Source: Anthoceros angustus
Lineage: Eukaryota > Plantae > Anthocerotophyta
Direction of reading: 5' to 3'
DNA length: 64,000 bases
NCBI GenBank assembly: GCA_010909165.1
Contig: MU008155.1
Span: forward strand, 186,001 to 250,000
Of this stretch, positions 1 to 13,125 are shown piece by piece (the first letter of the stretch is position 1; each line of letters starts with the position of its first letter). The position numbers and the translations under genes are program-made. The notes under the pieces were generated by a model, which did not search any database, was not told where the DNA came from, and worked only from the letters and a program-made list of their open reading frames with translations.

Positions 1-779
1 CACAAAACACGATCCAGGTTGAATCTACCTCCAGCACGTCTAGGACAGATGTTTCCTGGACATGTTGGCCATGTTACTTCACACAGAGGAAGGACGCTCT
101 CGACTCAAGCTTTCCCAATGCTCACGAGCTTTGTCAAATCGTCCTAGAAGGTGAGCTAATCTTGGGAAATCGGTCATTGCTATCGCCATTATTTCCACAC
201 GCTGCCTGAGATGATGGCACACAATGACGGGTGTCTCCACATCTATTTCCTATTCTCTGAACTCTACACTCTACCCTGCAGGCCACTGGGCGGGGATCAT
301 CACCTCCGGTGATGTTGGTTAGTTGCAATCAATTCTCTCAACCACAGTGGAGTTGGATTACCCTCGACATTTCATGATATCCCATTCTTGATCCGATGTA
401 GTCTTTGGGCCGGAATCAACAGCATTGGCGCTAGCGTTTCCTCTTGAATGATGAGGTGCTGGATGCGTGAGCGCCCGCGAGTATGAGAACCTCGTGAGGT
501 AGGTTGGTTGAGAGCTTGATTCATGGCGCTACTTCACACAGAGGAAGGACGCTCGACTCAAGCTTTCCGTTGCTCACCGAGCTTTGTCAAATCGTCAAAT
601 ACGGTTTCAGAGCTAATCTTGGGAAATCGGTCATTGCCCTGCCATTATTTCCACACACGCCAGATGATGGCACACAATGACAGGGTGTCTCCACATCTAT
701 TTCTATTCTTGAGACTCTACACTCTACCACAACGAGGCCCTGGCCATCACAACGCCCGATGTTCCAGTTAGTTTGTCGA

Positions 780-2070
780 TCAATTCCTCACCAACCACAG
801 TGGAGTTGGATTACCCTCGGCTTTCGATATCTGCCATTATAATCGATGTAGTCTTTGGGCGGAATCACGGGAGGTGGCGCTGTTTCCTCGCAGCGAATGA
901 TGAGAATTAGGATCAGGTGCAACGGTATGAGCCAACCTCGTGAGGTAGGTTGGTTGAGAGCTTGATTCATGGCCTTCCTCACTGTCTGCCATGCCTCCCG
1001 GGAATCTTTGCATGGAGCTAGTAGCGCCTTGCGTTGGCCTGTAGTCTTTATCACATGGAGCGGACGCCGCCATTCGTGCCCTCGTCCAGGTCCTTTAAGA
1101 TACGGCCGATCTTCCTTTAAGATACGGCGGATCTATGGCCGTCTGGGTGAGTGCGGATGGTAGGCAGCTAAGGCGGGAAGCTTGGTGGCGGCCACGGTCC
1201 GGCTGGTGTTTGGGTGGCGGCCACGGTCCGGCGCTTTCTAGTGCGATGGCGCGGTGGCGCTTTCTAGTGTTTGCGGTGTTGCGTTCGGTGGCGCTTTCTA
1301 GTGTTTGCGGTGTTGCGTTGCCTGCCTCTGTATCAAGACTGGAGTAGCGCATTCATTCCTCCGGATGCCTAAGCTTGTGGCAAAAAGCTAGAGTTTCATG
1401 CGGTCGGACCGGGGACGACGTGCATTGGCGGCCCTCCTCAGAGGCTGTCGATCAATTCCTCACCAACCACGTGAGTTGGATTACCCTCGGCTTTCGATAT
1501 CTGCCATTATAATCGATGTAGTCTTTGGGCGGAATCACGGGAGGTGGCGCTGTTTCCTCGCAGCGAATGATGAGAATTAGGATCAGGTGCAACGGTATGA
1601 GCCAACCTCGTGAGGTAGGTTGGTTGAGAGCTTGATTCATGGCCTTCCTCACTGTCTGCCATGCCTCCCGGGAATCTTTGCATGGAGCTAGTAGCGCCTT
1701 GCGTTGGCCTGTAGTCTTTATCACATGGGCGGGCGATCCGCCATTCTGCGTCCTCGTCCGTCCTTTAAGATACGGCCGATCTTCCTTTAAGATACGGCCG
1801 ATCTTCCTTTAAGATACGGCGATTAGTCTGGGTGGTAAACGGGCTAAGGCGGGAAGCTTGGGTGGCGGCCACGGTCCGGCGCTTTCTAGTGTTTGCGGTG
1901 TTGCGTTCGGTGGCGCTTTCTACGTTAAGCGCTTTCTAGTGTTTGCGGTGTTGCGTTGCCTGCCTCCGTATCAAGACTGGAGTAGCGCATTCATTCCTCC
2001 GGATGCCTAAGCTTGTGGCAAAAAGCTAGAGTTTCATGCGGTCGGACCGGGGACGGTGCATTGGCCTCCC
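780..2070. repeat. About 670-bp tandem duplication (780-1440 / 1451-2070), with a more diverged partial copy at about 60-520
   Basis: ORFs 788..1054 and 1452..1724 are identical for 84 aa. Internal 22-bp (TTCCTTTAAGATACGGCCGATC) and 34-bp (GGCGCTTTCTAGTGTTTGCGGTGTTGCGTTCGGT) sub-repeats vary in copy number. Confidence 0.9.
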
Positions 2071-4692
2071 TGGTGAGGTGCACGATCTGGGGAATCGCCG
2101 CCTTGATTAGTGAACTTGCATCTGGAAAGTCGGGTGAGAAGCCATCGGACCTGAAGAGACGTGGAGGAGAGTCAAGCAATCTAGAGCCCAATCTAGAGCC
2201 CGACATCTACAACATGACAACTTGGTTGAAGAAGAGCGAGGTCGGATGGGGAGTCAAATAGTCCACTAACAACAACTCGTAGCAAAGCTACCCGAGGACG
2301 AGGCGCGGATGAGCGTTTCAAGCGTGTGCGTAAAGGTTGTGGAAGATGATGCCGTGAGAGGGGCACCGGAGGGAACAAGACTCGGGAAGGCGGAGGGAGG
2401 TGGGGCAAAGTAAATGGAGTGGCAAAGGCTAAGGCAACATGAATATCAAGGCTAAGGCCGACTCTGTGATGACATGCAGAAAGTGAAACGGAGAGTGAAG
2501 ATACCCAACTCGAAACGACATAGAAGAGCAGACTGGAGAGAGCGGTGACGCATGGGGATGATAGAGGAGCAGCAGTGAGCAAGGACAAGGTTAAGTGTCC
2601 CGTGGAACAAGCGAGGAGGTATGGGAGGTGCTTACAACCTCCCGAGGTTTCATGGAGGCGTCGGCGGAGGGGGCAAACTATTCAGAGGAGCTAGAAACGC
2701 AAGCAGCCTAACCATGGTGCTGCAGATTTTGTCCAATGCGCAAAGTGTGAGCGGCATGTGGTGGCAACTTTGTGTCTCGGAAGTTTGGGGAGGCGAGGCT
2801 TTGAGATGCTGCATGGGTTCGAACTTGCTCGGAGCCCCAACGTCAACCGAGGAGGGGCCAACAAATCACCAGAGCCGCAGACGCCAAAGAAGCTTGACCA
2901 TGTTGCTGCGATTTTGTCTCACCCAATGGACTATGAGCGACATGTGCGCTCACCCTACTCCTCGAATCTTGCTCCGTGTTCGTGCATGTGCTCAAGGCTC
3001 AAATTCCAGCCATTTCTATTGACAATCCGCGATTCAAGTCCTTGCAGCGTTGGCCTCTAAGCGAGCATGTGTTGTTGAGAAGGCACGAGGTGTGTCGTGG
3101 TCAACTCTTGATGACCCACTCACCGAGTGTTGTGCCCGATTCAAGAGCGCATCCTAGTGGTGAATGCTCCTCCCCCTAAGTCCAATGGCCCTGTGGAATC
3201 TATGAGGATCAATGTTGGGCTGGGTGCTCCTCATGGGCTTCCACATGTTTTGTTGCGTGATGAGGTGTTGGAAGTGCACGGCGGTCAGCGGAGGTCCCGA
3301 GTCCATCCTCAACATAAAGGGAACATCCTCCACCGAGAGAACTCCACTTCCTTCGTGGTTCGAGGTCCAAGCAACAAGAGAGTGAGGCGGATGCAGGAGG
3401 GGCATATTGCACCACAAAGGAAGAACCGAGCCACGTGGGCGCCGATTTTTGACGCCTCATTCTTGGTTCCACAGAGGACATATGTCCCATGACAGTGCAT
3501 GTCTCCCTCCTTGTCCAAAGGTCTCTAATATAGATGGTTTCGTCATGTCATGTCTTTGGGTGCCTAGATTTATATTCCCAATTTTAGTCATGTGATTCAG
3601 TTGTGCTATCCGTCTGTGCCTAAATTATTGTGTTGTTATTGCTGGATCAAGCATGATTCGACTCCTTTCTACACATGAAGGACCAATGTCATTGGAGCAT
3701 GAAGTTTTTGCAATCCTCTGTGTCTATCTTTTGATGATGAGCCACCGCAACCAAGTTACTGTGGAGACTAACCTCCGAGGTGTTGTCGACCTTGGGAAAT
3801 GGAGGCTATTACATTGCGCTTTTCTCTAATACCTCCTTGAAATTTTGGAGGAACAATCTTAGGGTCTCACGTGGTTTTCTAGCCGGGTGAAGAAGAGCAA
3901 GCCCAAGTCCGTGAAGGAGGAGCATTGGCAAGTCCTCCTCCAGCAAGAGAGGGACAAGATAGATGGAGTAGTCGCCCCTCCCAAAGATGGTCATGTGAGA
4001 AGGAAAGAGGCCGGAGATACTCGGACTCATGCTTTTTGGTTTGGGTGGTCGGAAGGTTTTGTGGCTCGCTTTAAGCGCAGTTTGAAAGGGATCCCACCCA
4101 CTCAAATTGAGGTGGCACGAAACCCCGCAATTGGCTAAAAAGCTTGCTGCCTATTGGAAGGAGTCTTCCATGCCAAGACCTCGTGTGGTTCCCATGTTTG
4201 ATCGAAAAGGGAAGAAGGAGAAGGCAGTCACCATGTGGAATGATTTGAGAGGTGCTGGCTATTCTATGACAGAGTGTGATGAGGAGGTCATGCAGGCAAT
4301 CTTGAACAAGAGTGTGCAGGATGATGGCTTTTTGGTGAATCATTGGAATCCACGTCGGCATGAGAAGGAGTAGAAACCGATTCTGATTGTTGGTATTGGA
4401 CTCACCTCAATGTACCTTGTTTGAAACTGCTGAGTTGGTTGTTGATAAGATGTTGATGTTCACTTTCATGATCCCATTTTGCAAGCTAGTCGTGTGTTTA
4501 GGGTGGAGGAATGAAGAAGGAATCCAGAATCGTAGGTGCAGATGCTTCTCTTAAAGTAGACCAATGTAGAGTTCACCGAGAGTATTAATACAGCATTCCA
4601 GAGGGCATTTTGGGGAACTTGACTATAGCCCTACATATTGTTTTTGACATATTGAGCAGAAATTATTTTTATATTTTACAACAATTAATATC

Positions 4693-4960
4693 AAAATTTA
4701 CAACGGAATTAAAAGGAGAATTTACAATGGAATTAAAAGGAGAATTTGAAACAAAATTAAAAGGAGAATTTACTACTGAATTAAAAGGAGAATTTACAAT
4801 GTAATTAAAAGGAGAATTTACAACAATGTAAGAGAATTTACAATGTAGAAGGAGAATTTACAACAGAATTAAAAGGAGGATTTACTACTGAATTAAAAGG
4901 AGAATTTACAACAGAATTAAAAGGAGAATTTACAACGGACTTTACAATGGAATTTAAAGC
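4693..4960. repeat. 24-bp minisatellite, CACTA subterminal array (GAATTAAAAGGAGAATTTACAAC[A/G])
   Basis: About 10 imperfect tandem copies are directly visible; they share the TTTACAAC core with the repeats next to the TIR. Confidence 0.9.
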
Positions 4961-5625
4961 CGAATTTAGAACGGTTAGAATTTTTGGCCGGAAATGGTTT
5001 GAATTTCTGGTGGGAATTGGTTTTGAATTTTAAACCAGTAATTAATTAACTATAGTTACAATACTTGAGTTAATTAACTCTAGTTACTTAATCCCGATTA
5101 AAAAACCATAGTTAACTAAGCATTGTTAATTAACCGTGAAGATGTTAACCATGATTAGTTTGTTGTAAATTGCATATTGTAATGTCCAGAGTAGATGTTT
5201 TGTTGTAACTTCCAGAGTAAATGATCTATTGTAATTTATGGTAGTAGATATCCTATTGTAATTTATAGTAGTAAATAACTTGTTATTAAATATAGTAGTA
5301 AATGTCCCGATGTAATATGTAGTAGTAAATATCCTATTGCAATATCCGAGTAAATTACCCTTTTATGTATAGTCGTAAAATACGTGTAGTAATGTATAGT
5401 GAAAATACGTGTAGTAATGTACAATTGTAATAAGGTATATCTGTATGTATAAATACATATATACCGTATAAAATATTTTATACATACGTATATACAATAT
5501 TTGGTCATTTACAACAACCCTCTAATGCTATGTGTTTACAACGGCCTTTTTTACAACACCCGTTGTAAAAAGGTAGTAAAAGTCGTTGTAAAAGCCGTTG
5601 TAAAGTACGACTTTTTCCAGTAGTG

Positions 5626-5828
5626 AAGATGGACTTCATGCGCACGCGCCACACCGGGAAGTGCTGGCCGTTGAACCGATCTCTTTCCTTCATGTGGTCG
5701 GTGTAGACGGGGCCTGCACTTGTGAAGGTGGGCGGAGTGCTACTCGCCATAGCTGTTGTGGAGTCCAACGACAGTGAGTGGAACTGTTGTATCAGGTGGT
5801 CCACAGAAGAATTGGAGGTTGTGGTCAT
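5626..5828 (-). pseudogene. gag: Copia gag N-terminal fragment
   Basis: The DRFNGxxFxxWxxRMK motif matches the gag starts of copia-B and copia-C; it ends at the CACTA insertion. Confidence 0.8.
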
Positions 5829-7099
5829 AAACTCAGGTGCTCAAGACCACTCGGTGTCAGATTAGTCAAGATATTGCAAGCTATCTGCCTCCGATTACGC
5901 TATACGACGGAGGCGAAAGACTAGGTCCACTAAGCACTGAATTGTGTGCTCGAGCTGATCCCACAGGAGAGAAGTTTGATCCACAAGGGTCGAGGATTCC
6001 GCTTGTGGGACGGGCGAGGCTGGCTCGATCTTCACTGGAGCATGTACTGGTGGTGAAGTAAAACCCCCAGGGTCCAAATGCCGGTGTGGGACGGTGCCAG
6101 GAAGAACCGGTTCGGAACCGGTGGCCGAGAAAACCGCGTTCACACCGGTTGGGGTGGCCCGAGGAGATTCACCTCCGAAACGACAACTTGAGTTGTCGAT
6201 TGCGGTAGCGCGCCGGTTAATCTGCCCGTAGCACGCGCCGCTCCGCAGCCTTGGCCGCTGCGCTCCACATGACGACGTGGCTGCGATCCGGTAGCACGGT
6301 CGCGGCGCGACCGGGCTGCCCGTGCTGATGCTGCTGGTTGGTGCGCCGCCCCCTGTTGTGAAAAAGCTCCAGATCTGCCAAAATTCAGGCCAGAATTTGA
6401 TGAGATTTGGTCACCGTCCTGCAATCCCGCATGCCCCCTGAGATCTTCCTCAAATCCTGACGGGTTTCGCTCGAATCTGGCCTCACTAGGAGGAGTCCTA
6501 GTAGCTGAAGGCAGATTGTGTGGGGGATCCTGAGAATTGGAAGTGGGAAGAGGCAGGAGGCTGCGAGATGCTCCGGGGACCAAATCGCCCTCTGAAAATC
6601 CGTGAATGAAGCAATCTTCTCTCGGACTTGAGGTAGGTGAACATATGCAATCACGGGGGACGCGTAGAGGCCCCTGTGATGCAGTCACCCAACTGCTACC
6701 TCTGAGGATGAGCCGCAAGAGATTGGTGTCCAAAGTTACTGCTGCTCGTTGCACCCATCTTGGTGCAGAGCTATGACCGTAGAGAGTGGATCGGGGGTGA
6801 GCTCTTGAGCGGGCTGGCCTGGGCGCACGTGCCTTAGGGTGGCGAGGGCGCAGGGTGCTGGATCGGCGGGTTCTCGCCATGGTAGCCTCGAGGGATTTTC
6901 CTGAGAAGAAGAAGAAGAAGAATTTTATTTAAGTCCACTAAGGACGGATTTTGGACCGATTTGTCATACATACAAAGAAAGTATATTGAAAAATTAACCG
7001 CTATTCGAACTGGCCCGAGAACTAGTGACGTGAACCATTATGTAATGTCGTATGTTGAACTCTTGAAAATGTTGAGTCCGCTTCTCCCACATTTGCTTT

Positions 7100-10000
7100 A
7101 GGCAAACACCTACAGAAATAGGATCAGGAAAAGAGAAAAGGCGGCGAAGTGAAGATCGTGTTGTAAATAGAGGGATAAAATTCCCCGAATATCTTCATAT
7201 GTGATGAGGAACACAAAGTGTTCTTCGCCTCCACCCCTTGCATAACCCGCAAATTGGACTCCTTTGGTGGCTTAGGACGAGCCATCTATCCGTCTCAATC
7301 CTAAGACGGTGAGACCCACTAAGATGACCTATAATCATCCTTAGTTTGAAAGACACCGGTGCGAAGGTAAAGAGGGAGCACGGTTTCCCGAATTGGATAA
7401 AATACGAAAATATGCCAGCCTAGATAGGGATAAGGGAGAGGAGACCAAGTATAGGACAAGTATGTAGTCCGCAAATCAAGGCGGATGGACTTATTTGGAG
7501 GAGGTGGCAAGAACTGGAAAAGGGATGGGCGGAAGACTCTCGGGACAAAATCCAAATTTCGCAGCCATGAGCAAGATTGATACCAACAAGTCTTATCTCC
7601 CGAGACGGCTAATTTTCGGAGGACAAAAAGCAAGAAGGAGGTATGAGGGAGGAGGTAGGATGATCGAATGAGCTTCTTCCAATGAATGAGGCGGTAGAAG
7701 AAGTTAGTCAAGCGAAATAGACCATCCAAATTTCAAGCGGAATGTGGCAAACTCGCAAGGAAGATGGGAAGGGGGACAGACCTCTTGCACGCAATGTGGG
7801 GACGAAGAAAGGATGCCTGAACCTCCTCCACCTTGCACCAATCGTCGGGAGAGAGGTACGGTCCCCAAAACTCCGCTGCATACATAGCCGAAGGAACGAC
7901 GACCGTGTTGAATAACCATTGCTGAGTGGGGATGTCCTTGATGTGCATCCGAGAGCACTGTCTTCGAACCCCACATGCCGATGCCACACCCTTGAGAATG
8001 CGAGCGGAGGCAGAGAGCTTCCAAGTGTCGGGCCATACAGAGTTCCACCCATGTAGACATAAGATCGAACTACCTGGACAAGTTCACCATTATAGTAGAA
8101 CTTGAGATTGTGTTGCACCGATCCCGCCTGTTGAAGAACATGACCTTAGTCTTCTTGAGATTGACCTCCAAATCTCTTGCTTCGCAGAAGCGCGACAATA
8201 TGTCAAGTTGCTGTTGGAGGCCCTGAGGAGAGTGGGAGAGAAGGGCAATGTCATCCGCATACAAGAGAATAGCAATATAGACCAAGGAAAGAATGCAACC
8301 AGGATCCCCATACTCCGCCATCCAAGACTCCAGTTCATCGATGTAGAGGCCAAATAGGTTAGGAGAAGATGGATCTCCCTGGCGCACTCCCATGTTGCAA
8401 AGCAAATCCAAAAGGTCAAATGCAGCATAAGGAGTGCGGATCTTGGCTTTCACCTTGTCATATAGAACCCCTATGGCATGAAGAAGATGAGGAGGCATAC
8501 CCAGCCTATGGAAGCGGTCAAAGAGCTTCTCCCTGGAGATAGAGTCAAATGCCCGCTTGAAGTCAACAAAACATACATAAACATGCCATATCCTTCTTTC
8601 CGCTTGGCTAATAGCAATGAGAGTGAAGAGATTATCCTGGCAAGGCGACGAAATCCACTGCCCCTGCCTAACTCCAAAGATTCTCCCAAGTCGAGTGAGA
8701 ATTTCCAAGCAAGAGCTAAAGATCTTGGCAAAATGGACTCAACCATGATATACCTATAGTTGGATGGGAGCCGAGGGTCACTGCCTTGAAGATGGAATGG
8801 ATGTCATTCCAAAGACCACTCATCCTGAAATCCATGGACCAAAGCTCATTGAACAGCAGCCAAGGGGAGCAATCACCGTAGGACTTGCATACGAGAAAAG
8901 CTCTCCAAGAATGTCTTCAAGGTTGGGGGCTCTACCAGATCTAAGGTTATTGATGGCGGTAAGGATAAGGTCGAGTGAAAAGCTTGACCCCGGATCCATG
9001 GTCCTAACGAGGGGTATAGATTCCGAAAAGAAAGAGTTTGGACATATTCGATAAGCTCGAGACTGCTTGGATAGTTTGATGGGAATGAAACTCCTCCAAA
9101 AGCAAAGAGGGATTCCTTAAGGAGCTTGACAAGACGATCACAGGGAGGAAAAGAAAGCACTTTTGACAAAGAATGAGGGCTTTGTACGGCTTGACAATTT
9201 CCTTGTACAACTGGAATGATGAGACTTGGATGGAACCTTGAGAGCTCAAGGTAGTTGTGAGTATGGAAGCGTTTGCACTCGTCATCAAACCAGGATGACG
9301 AGGAGCGTTGGAAAGCTTGACGGGTGACAAGGTTTAGGAGGGAAGATTTGATGTGCACAAGAAAGCACGGCGGAAGTGAAAGTGTGGTGGAAGGGAAGAG
9401 ACGGAGGAATAGCGGCAAGGATCTTTTCAAAAGAGAGGAGTATTGGGAAGCTAGACGATGGTCGAGGAAAAGCGGACTCTAGGAGACTTGTGGTATTGTA
9501 GAATGGCTTACAGCTTATGACACGAGATGTGCCAAGACAAGAAGGCATGGTCAGACTCTAGAGGCTTGAAGTTAGAAACATAAAACTGATGCACTGAAGA
9601 AACGAAAGAAGCCTGTCCTAGAACGTAATCAAGAACAGCAGGAAGTTGACCTGAAGGCGCAAAGTGGGTGATCCTCTCGCTTCCAGGCCATTGAGAGAGC
9701 CCGTTGTATATAAATAATCCATGCGACTCCACGAGGTTGAGAAGTGCCCTGCCGAAAAGATTAACCTGGTGCGGATCATCAGACCTTCTCTGCAAGCCTA
9801 GGTCTGCAACATCAAGCGGGAATAGTTGATGTCGATCATCTGGTGCGTAGATAGGAGATTGTTCCGAGGAGGTCCAAGCATTGAAGTCTCCAACCAAGAG
9901 GATATCTCCTTGGGGCATGAAAAACATGAGATCTTCAGAGAGGTCTTGAAACGTAAAGAGAGGTTGGCCTCTAGCATGCGGAGAACCCCGAGGTGGAAGA

Positions 10001-10322
10001 AAAGATGCTATGAACAAATGACGTTAGATGGAAGGATGGTTGCGTAAACCTTGATCCATAAGACCTCGCCAAGGAGTCCTCCTAGCGATGTGATGAAATC
10101 AGAGAGAAGATCGGAAAAACAAGCGACGCCACTGCAGCCTTGGGCGCCTTTTGAAGAGACATAATTCGAAAAGAGAAAAGAAAGGAAGTTGGGAAAGGTG
10201 GGGAGGTATCTAGCCTGGTGTTCGTGAGTTTCCGTAAGGAAAATCAAGTCGTGTCCCGCTAAAAGCTGGAGCAATCCGCCTGGTTGTGCCCATAAAGACC
10301 CATTACAATTCCAGGAAGCCAT
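7100..10322 (-). pseudogene. LINE ORF2 (apurinic endonuclease plus reverse transcriptase), frameshifted
   Basis: EN motifs SWNCNG, IFLTETH, GDFNA, LDYVL, SDH; RT motifs FVDFKRAFDS, GVRQGDPSSP, LYADD, VNLKKTKVM. Confidence 0.95.
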
Positions 10323-10339
10323 CTTGATGATTCCCCCTG

Positions 10340-11455
10340 GGTGGGCATTGCAAGCGAGTGACCTTCATAAGGCCGAAGAGCCATGCTGAACTCGGGAGGG
10401 CTCCTTGACAATCAGCCGATCTCCATTGAAGAAAGGCCTTCCCACGAGCCTCCTCGAAGCCGCATCAAAGCTTGCTTGGTCTTCACCGTAGCTTGGTTAA
10501 ATCATCTCCTATATAAATATCCCGGCCTCGAGATTAGTACGGGCGCAAGACTTGGAGCCTATCCGAGAGAATGGAAACGACGAGAAGATCAAGGACGAAA
10601 GGTGGTCCTTACCCACCAAGCATTCGGAAAGATATGCTGTAAATGGAGCTTCGTGGCTAAGAACTGGATATGACTTCTGCGGTGTTCCCGAATTCGACAA
10701 GCCCACTCAAGATTGAGGGAGCACCGATCCGCTTGAGATTCAAGAATTGCCGCATCAACGGCTTCAAGGCAAGGATGGCGGCTTGAGGAGGAGGAACCAA
10801 CAACCTTGCTTCTCCACTTGATTTGCAAATTGTTTTGCTGCCAAATCGTCCGCGACTTGAGTTTTGAAATGGACATATGACATAGCCTCGCACTTCTCCT
10901 TGACGAATTTCTTGAGCTCCAAACATTTAACTTCCATGGAAGCGGAAGCTTGCTGCATAATATCTTGTTTGAAGGCCCACGCTCGTTGAGCGCATAATGC
11001 GTAAAACTCTCGAATGTGTCCAATCGCCGGTGATGTTGGAAGACGCCTGCTTTTAATTGAGGAACGCTTCGAAGGTAAGAAGGCAATTGCTTATTGAGGG
11101 AAGCAATTTGGTGTTGATGCTGGACAATATCCGCACGTATGCCTGGAAATTCTCGCTCCAATTCCCTTCGAAGTGCAACAATCTCGAGTTGTTGGGCCTG
11201 AATCTTGTCTTCAAAATGTTGCTTGGAAATTCGAAACTCCGCTTTAAGTTCGTGTAGCTCAGCTTGGGAAGCCTGGAAGTCTGATCGCAACTTCTTGATA
11301 TCAACTTGGAAGGATTTGAAAAGCCTCTCGATTTTATTTTTGCCCCTTGTTCCCTTGGAGGATGTAGGAGCCTGCGATTCTGTAAAGTCTGCGGAGTCCA
11401 AGACGGTTTCTCCTCCAACAGATGGTCCGAGTCCAAGCATGATATCCGAAGCCAT
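10340..11455 (-). pseudogene. LINE ORF1-like coiled-coil protein, frameshifted
   Basis: Long ORF directly upstream of ORF2 with a heptad-rich segment (IKKLRSDFQASQAELHELKAEF...LEIVALRRELE). Confidence 0.6.
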
Positions 11456-11544
11456 AGGAAAGTAGGTGCTGCGCCTGCGCGCTCAAAGGCGGGCCAGCTA
11501 TGTATGCTATGGCCAAAGTTGAGGGAAAGGTGGTAAGAGAAAAG

Positions 11545-12830
11545 CCGGCCTCCCGCCCGGCCGGCCGGCCTCCGGCCTTTAGTCCTAGGCGGCCTCCCGC
11601 CGCTCAACCTCCGGACTCGGTAGGAGGCGCCGCCCATGGTTCCGTGAATCCTTAATCCGCACCTCCCGGCTGGCTAAGCTCACGCCGCCACCGCCTGGCC
11701 TCACCGCCCGTTCGGCCTCGGATCGCACTAGCGATCACGCCACCTTCGTGGCACGGGCCCGAGGCCGCCTCCGGCCTCGGCCTCGGCCTCGGCCGGCCGG
11801 CCGGCGGCTGATCAGTCGGCGTCACGCCTGGGCGGGCGGATCTGCAGGCAGTGTCGGCCTCGGCCTCGGGCGTGCCGGATCGGCCGGCCGGCTGAGCCCG
11901 GCCGGCCGGCCGGCCGGCCTCCGGCCTCGCCGCTCGCTCCACAGGCCCCCGGCCTCGGCGGCCGCCTCGCCCGCGCCGCCCTCCGTCGGCGTCGGCCTCG
12001 GCCCAGCCCGCCGCCCGAGGCCGCCTCCCGCCCGGCCCAGCGGCGGCCGGCCGGCGGCTCGGCCGGCCGGCCGGCCGGCCGGCGGCCGGCCTCCGGTCGT
12101 CGCGCGCGGCCTCGGCCTCGGCCGGCCGGCCGGCCGGCCGGGCTCGCTCGCGCTCCCGCTGCGCTCAAAGGCGGCCGCCTCGCCGCGCCAGCGCCGCCCG
12201 GCCGGCCTCCGGCCTCGCCGCCTCGCCGCCTCGCCGCTGGGGCGCAGCCGGAAAAAGCGAAACGGGGCGGCAGCGCGTGGCGGGTAACCCGCGGCTCGAG
12301 CAGGCCCGGGCGGCCGGCCTCCGGTCCGCCCGTGCCAGCGGGACAGGCCGAGGCCGATGCGATCGCGGCCCGCCGCCTCCCGCCCGGCCTCGGCCTCGGC
12401 CTCGGCCTCGGCCGGCCGGCCGGCCGGCCGGCTGAGCCTGAGTGGTATGGTAGCGCCGCCGTGCTCGCTCGCCCTCGGCCTCGGCGGCCGGCCGGCCTCC
12501 CGGGTCCGCCCGTGCTCCGTCGGTGAGCCCGCGGCCGCCGAATCGGGTCGTTGGGCAATCCACTCGAATCCGCCGCCCGGCCGGCCGGCTGAGCCGCAGC
12601 CCTGGCAGTGCCCGCTGCAGATCAGCCCACGCCGTGCTCGCTCGCCCTCGGCCCTGGTAGCCGCGAATCCGCCACGCCGTGCTCGCTCGCGCGGCCTCGG
12701 CTAAGCCGCTCCCGAATCCGCTCGCCGCTCCCGCTGCTCGCCGCTCCGCTCCCGCTGCGCTCCCGCTGCGCTCCCGCTCGCGCTCCCGCACCCGCCGCCG
12801 CCTCCGGCCTCGCACCGTATGGCTTTCACG
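11545..12830. repeat. Extremely GC-rich low-complexity array of GGCC/CCGG/GGCCTC units (probable LINE 5' UTR)
   Basis: Dozens of GGCCGGCC and (GGCCTC)n runs. The ORFs here are Arg/Pro/Ala/Gly-rich in all frames and non-informative. Confidence 0.85.
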
Positions 12831-13014
12831 CTCCTTCTCACATGCGCCTTGCCTCACATTGCTTCCCTCCACGGCGCGCGGCCTCGCACGTCACGGTGCC
12901 CCTCTTTTCTCGCAGGGTGCCGCGCAATGCTGAAGCGCGCAGGGAAAGAGGAAGGGAGGGGCACTTCCCATGAGGCTATCTAACTTTTAATATGTTCAAA
13001 TACTGCGCAATTGG

Positions 13015-13125
13015 TTAACGGCCGAAGCTACGGGGAGACGGTAGCCCGTGCTCAGTCGAAACTCCAAAGTTAAGCACCCTGGCTGAGGATCAGGACCCGG
13101 ATGGGTAACCTACCATCAGGTTTTT
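13015..13125 (+). ncRNA. Diverged 5S rRNA-like sequence with Pol III type-1 internal promoter boxes
   Basis: AACTCCAAAGTTAAGC (A box, about 13060-13075) and GGATGGGTAACC (C box, 13099-13110) are at near-5S spacing and followed by a T run. Too diverged to be a functional 5S rRNA. Confidence 0.6.

Larger units (their letters stand above)
1..5625. mobile_element. CACTA (En/Spm) DNA transposon, one end only; the other end is outside the window or lost
   Basis: Terminal TTTTTCCAGTAGTG ending at 5625 (reverse complement CACTACTGGAAAAA), preceded by many subterminal TTTACAAC/GTTGTAAA repeats in both orientations (4690-5605). It cuts the copia-A gag reading frame exactly at this point. Assignment of all of 1-4600 to the element is inferred. 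Confidence 0.75.

Noticed and set aside
780-2070. Biologically meaningful gene duplication
   Set aside because: An identical block followed by indel-rich divergence resembles the suspected assembly artefact at 49877-53066; cannot be resolved without reads.
4693-4960. CRISPR-like repeat array or repeat protein (TELKGEF)n
   Set aside because: Units are contiguous with no unique spacers, the context is eukaryotic, and the array is explained as CACTA subterminal repeats.
11652-12973. Long overlapping Arg/Pro/Ala ORFs (also 30376-31210)
   Set aside because: They are open only because extreme GC content lacks stop codons; no domain signal.
13015-13125. Functional 5S rRNA gene
   Set aside because: Only the promoter boxes match well; the 5' and 3' helices are diverged and it is single copy here.
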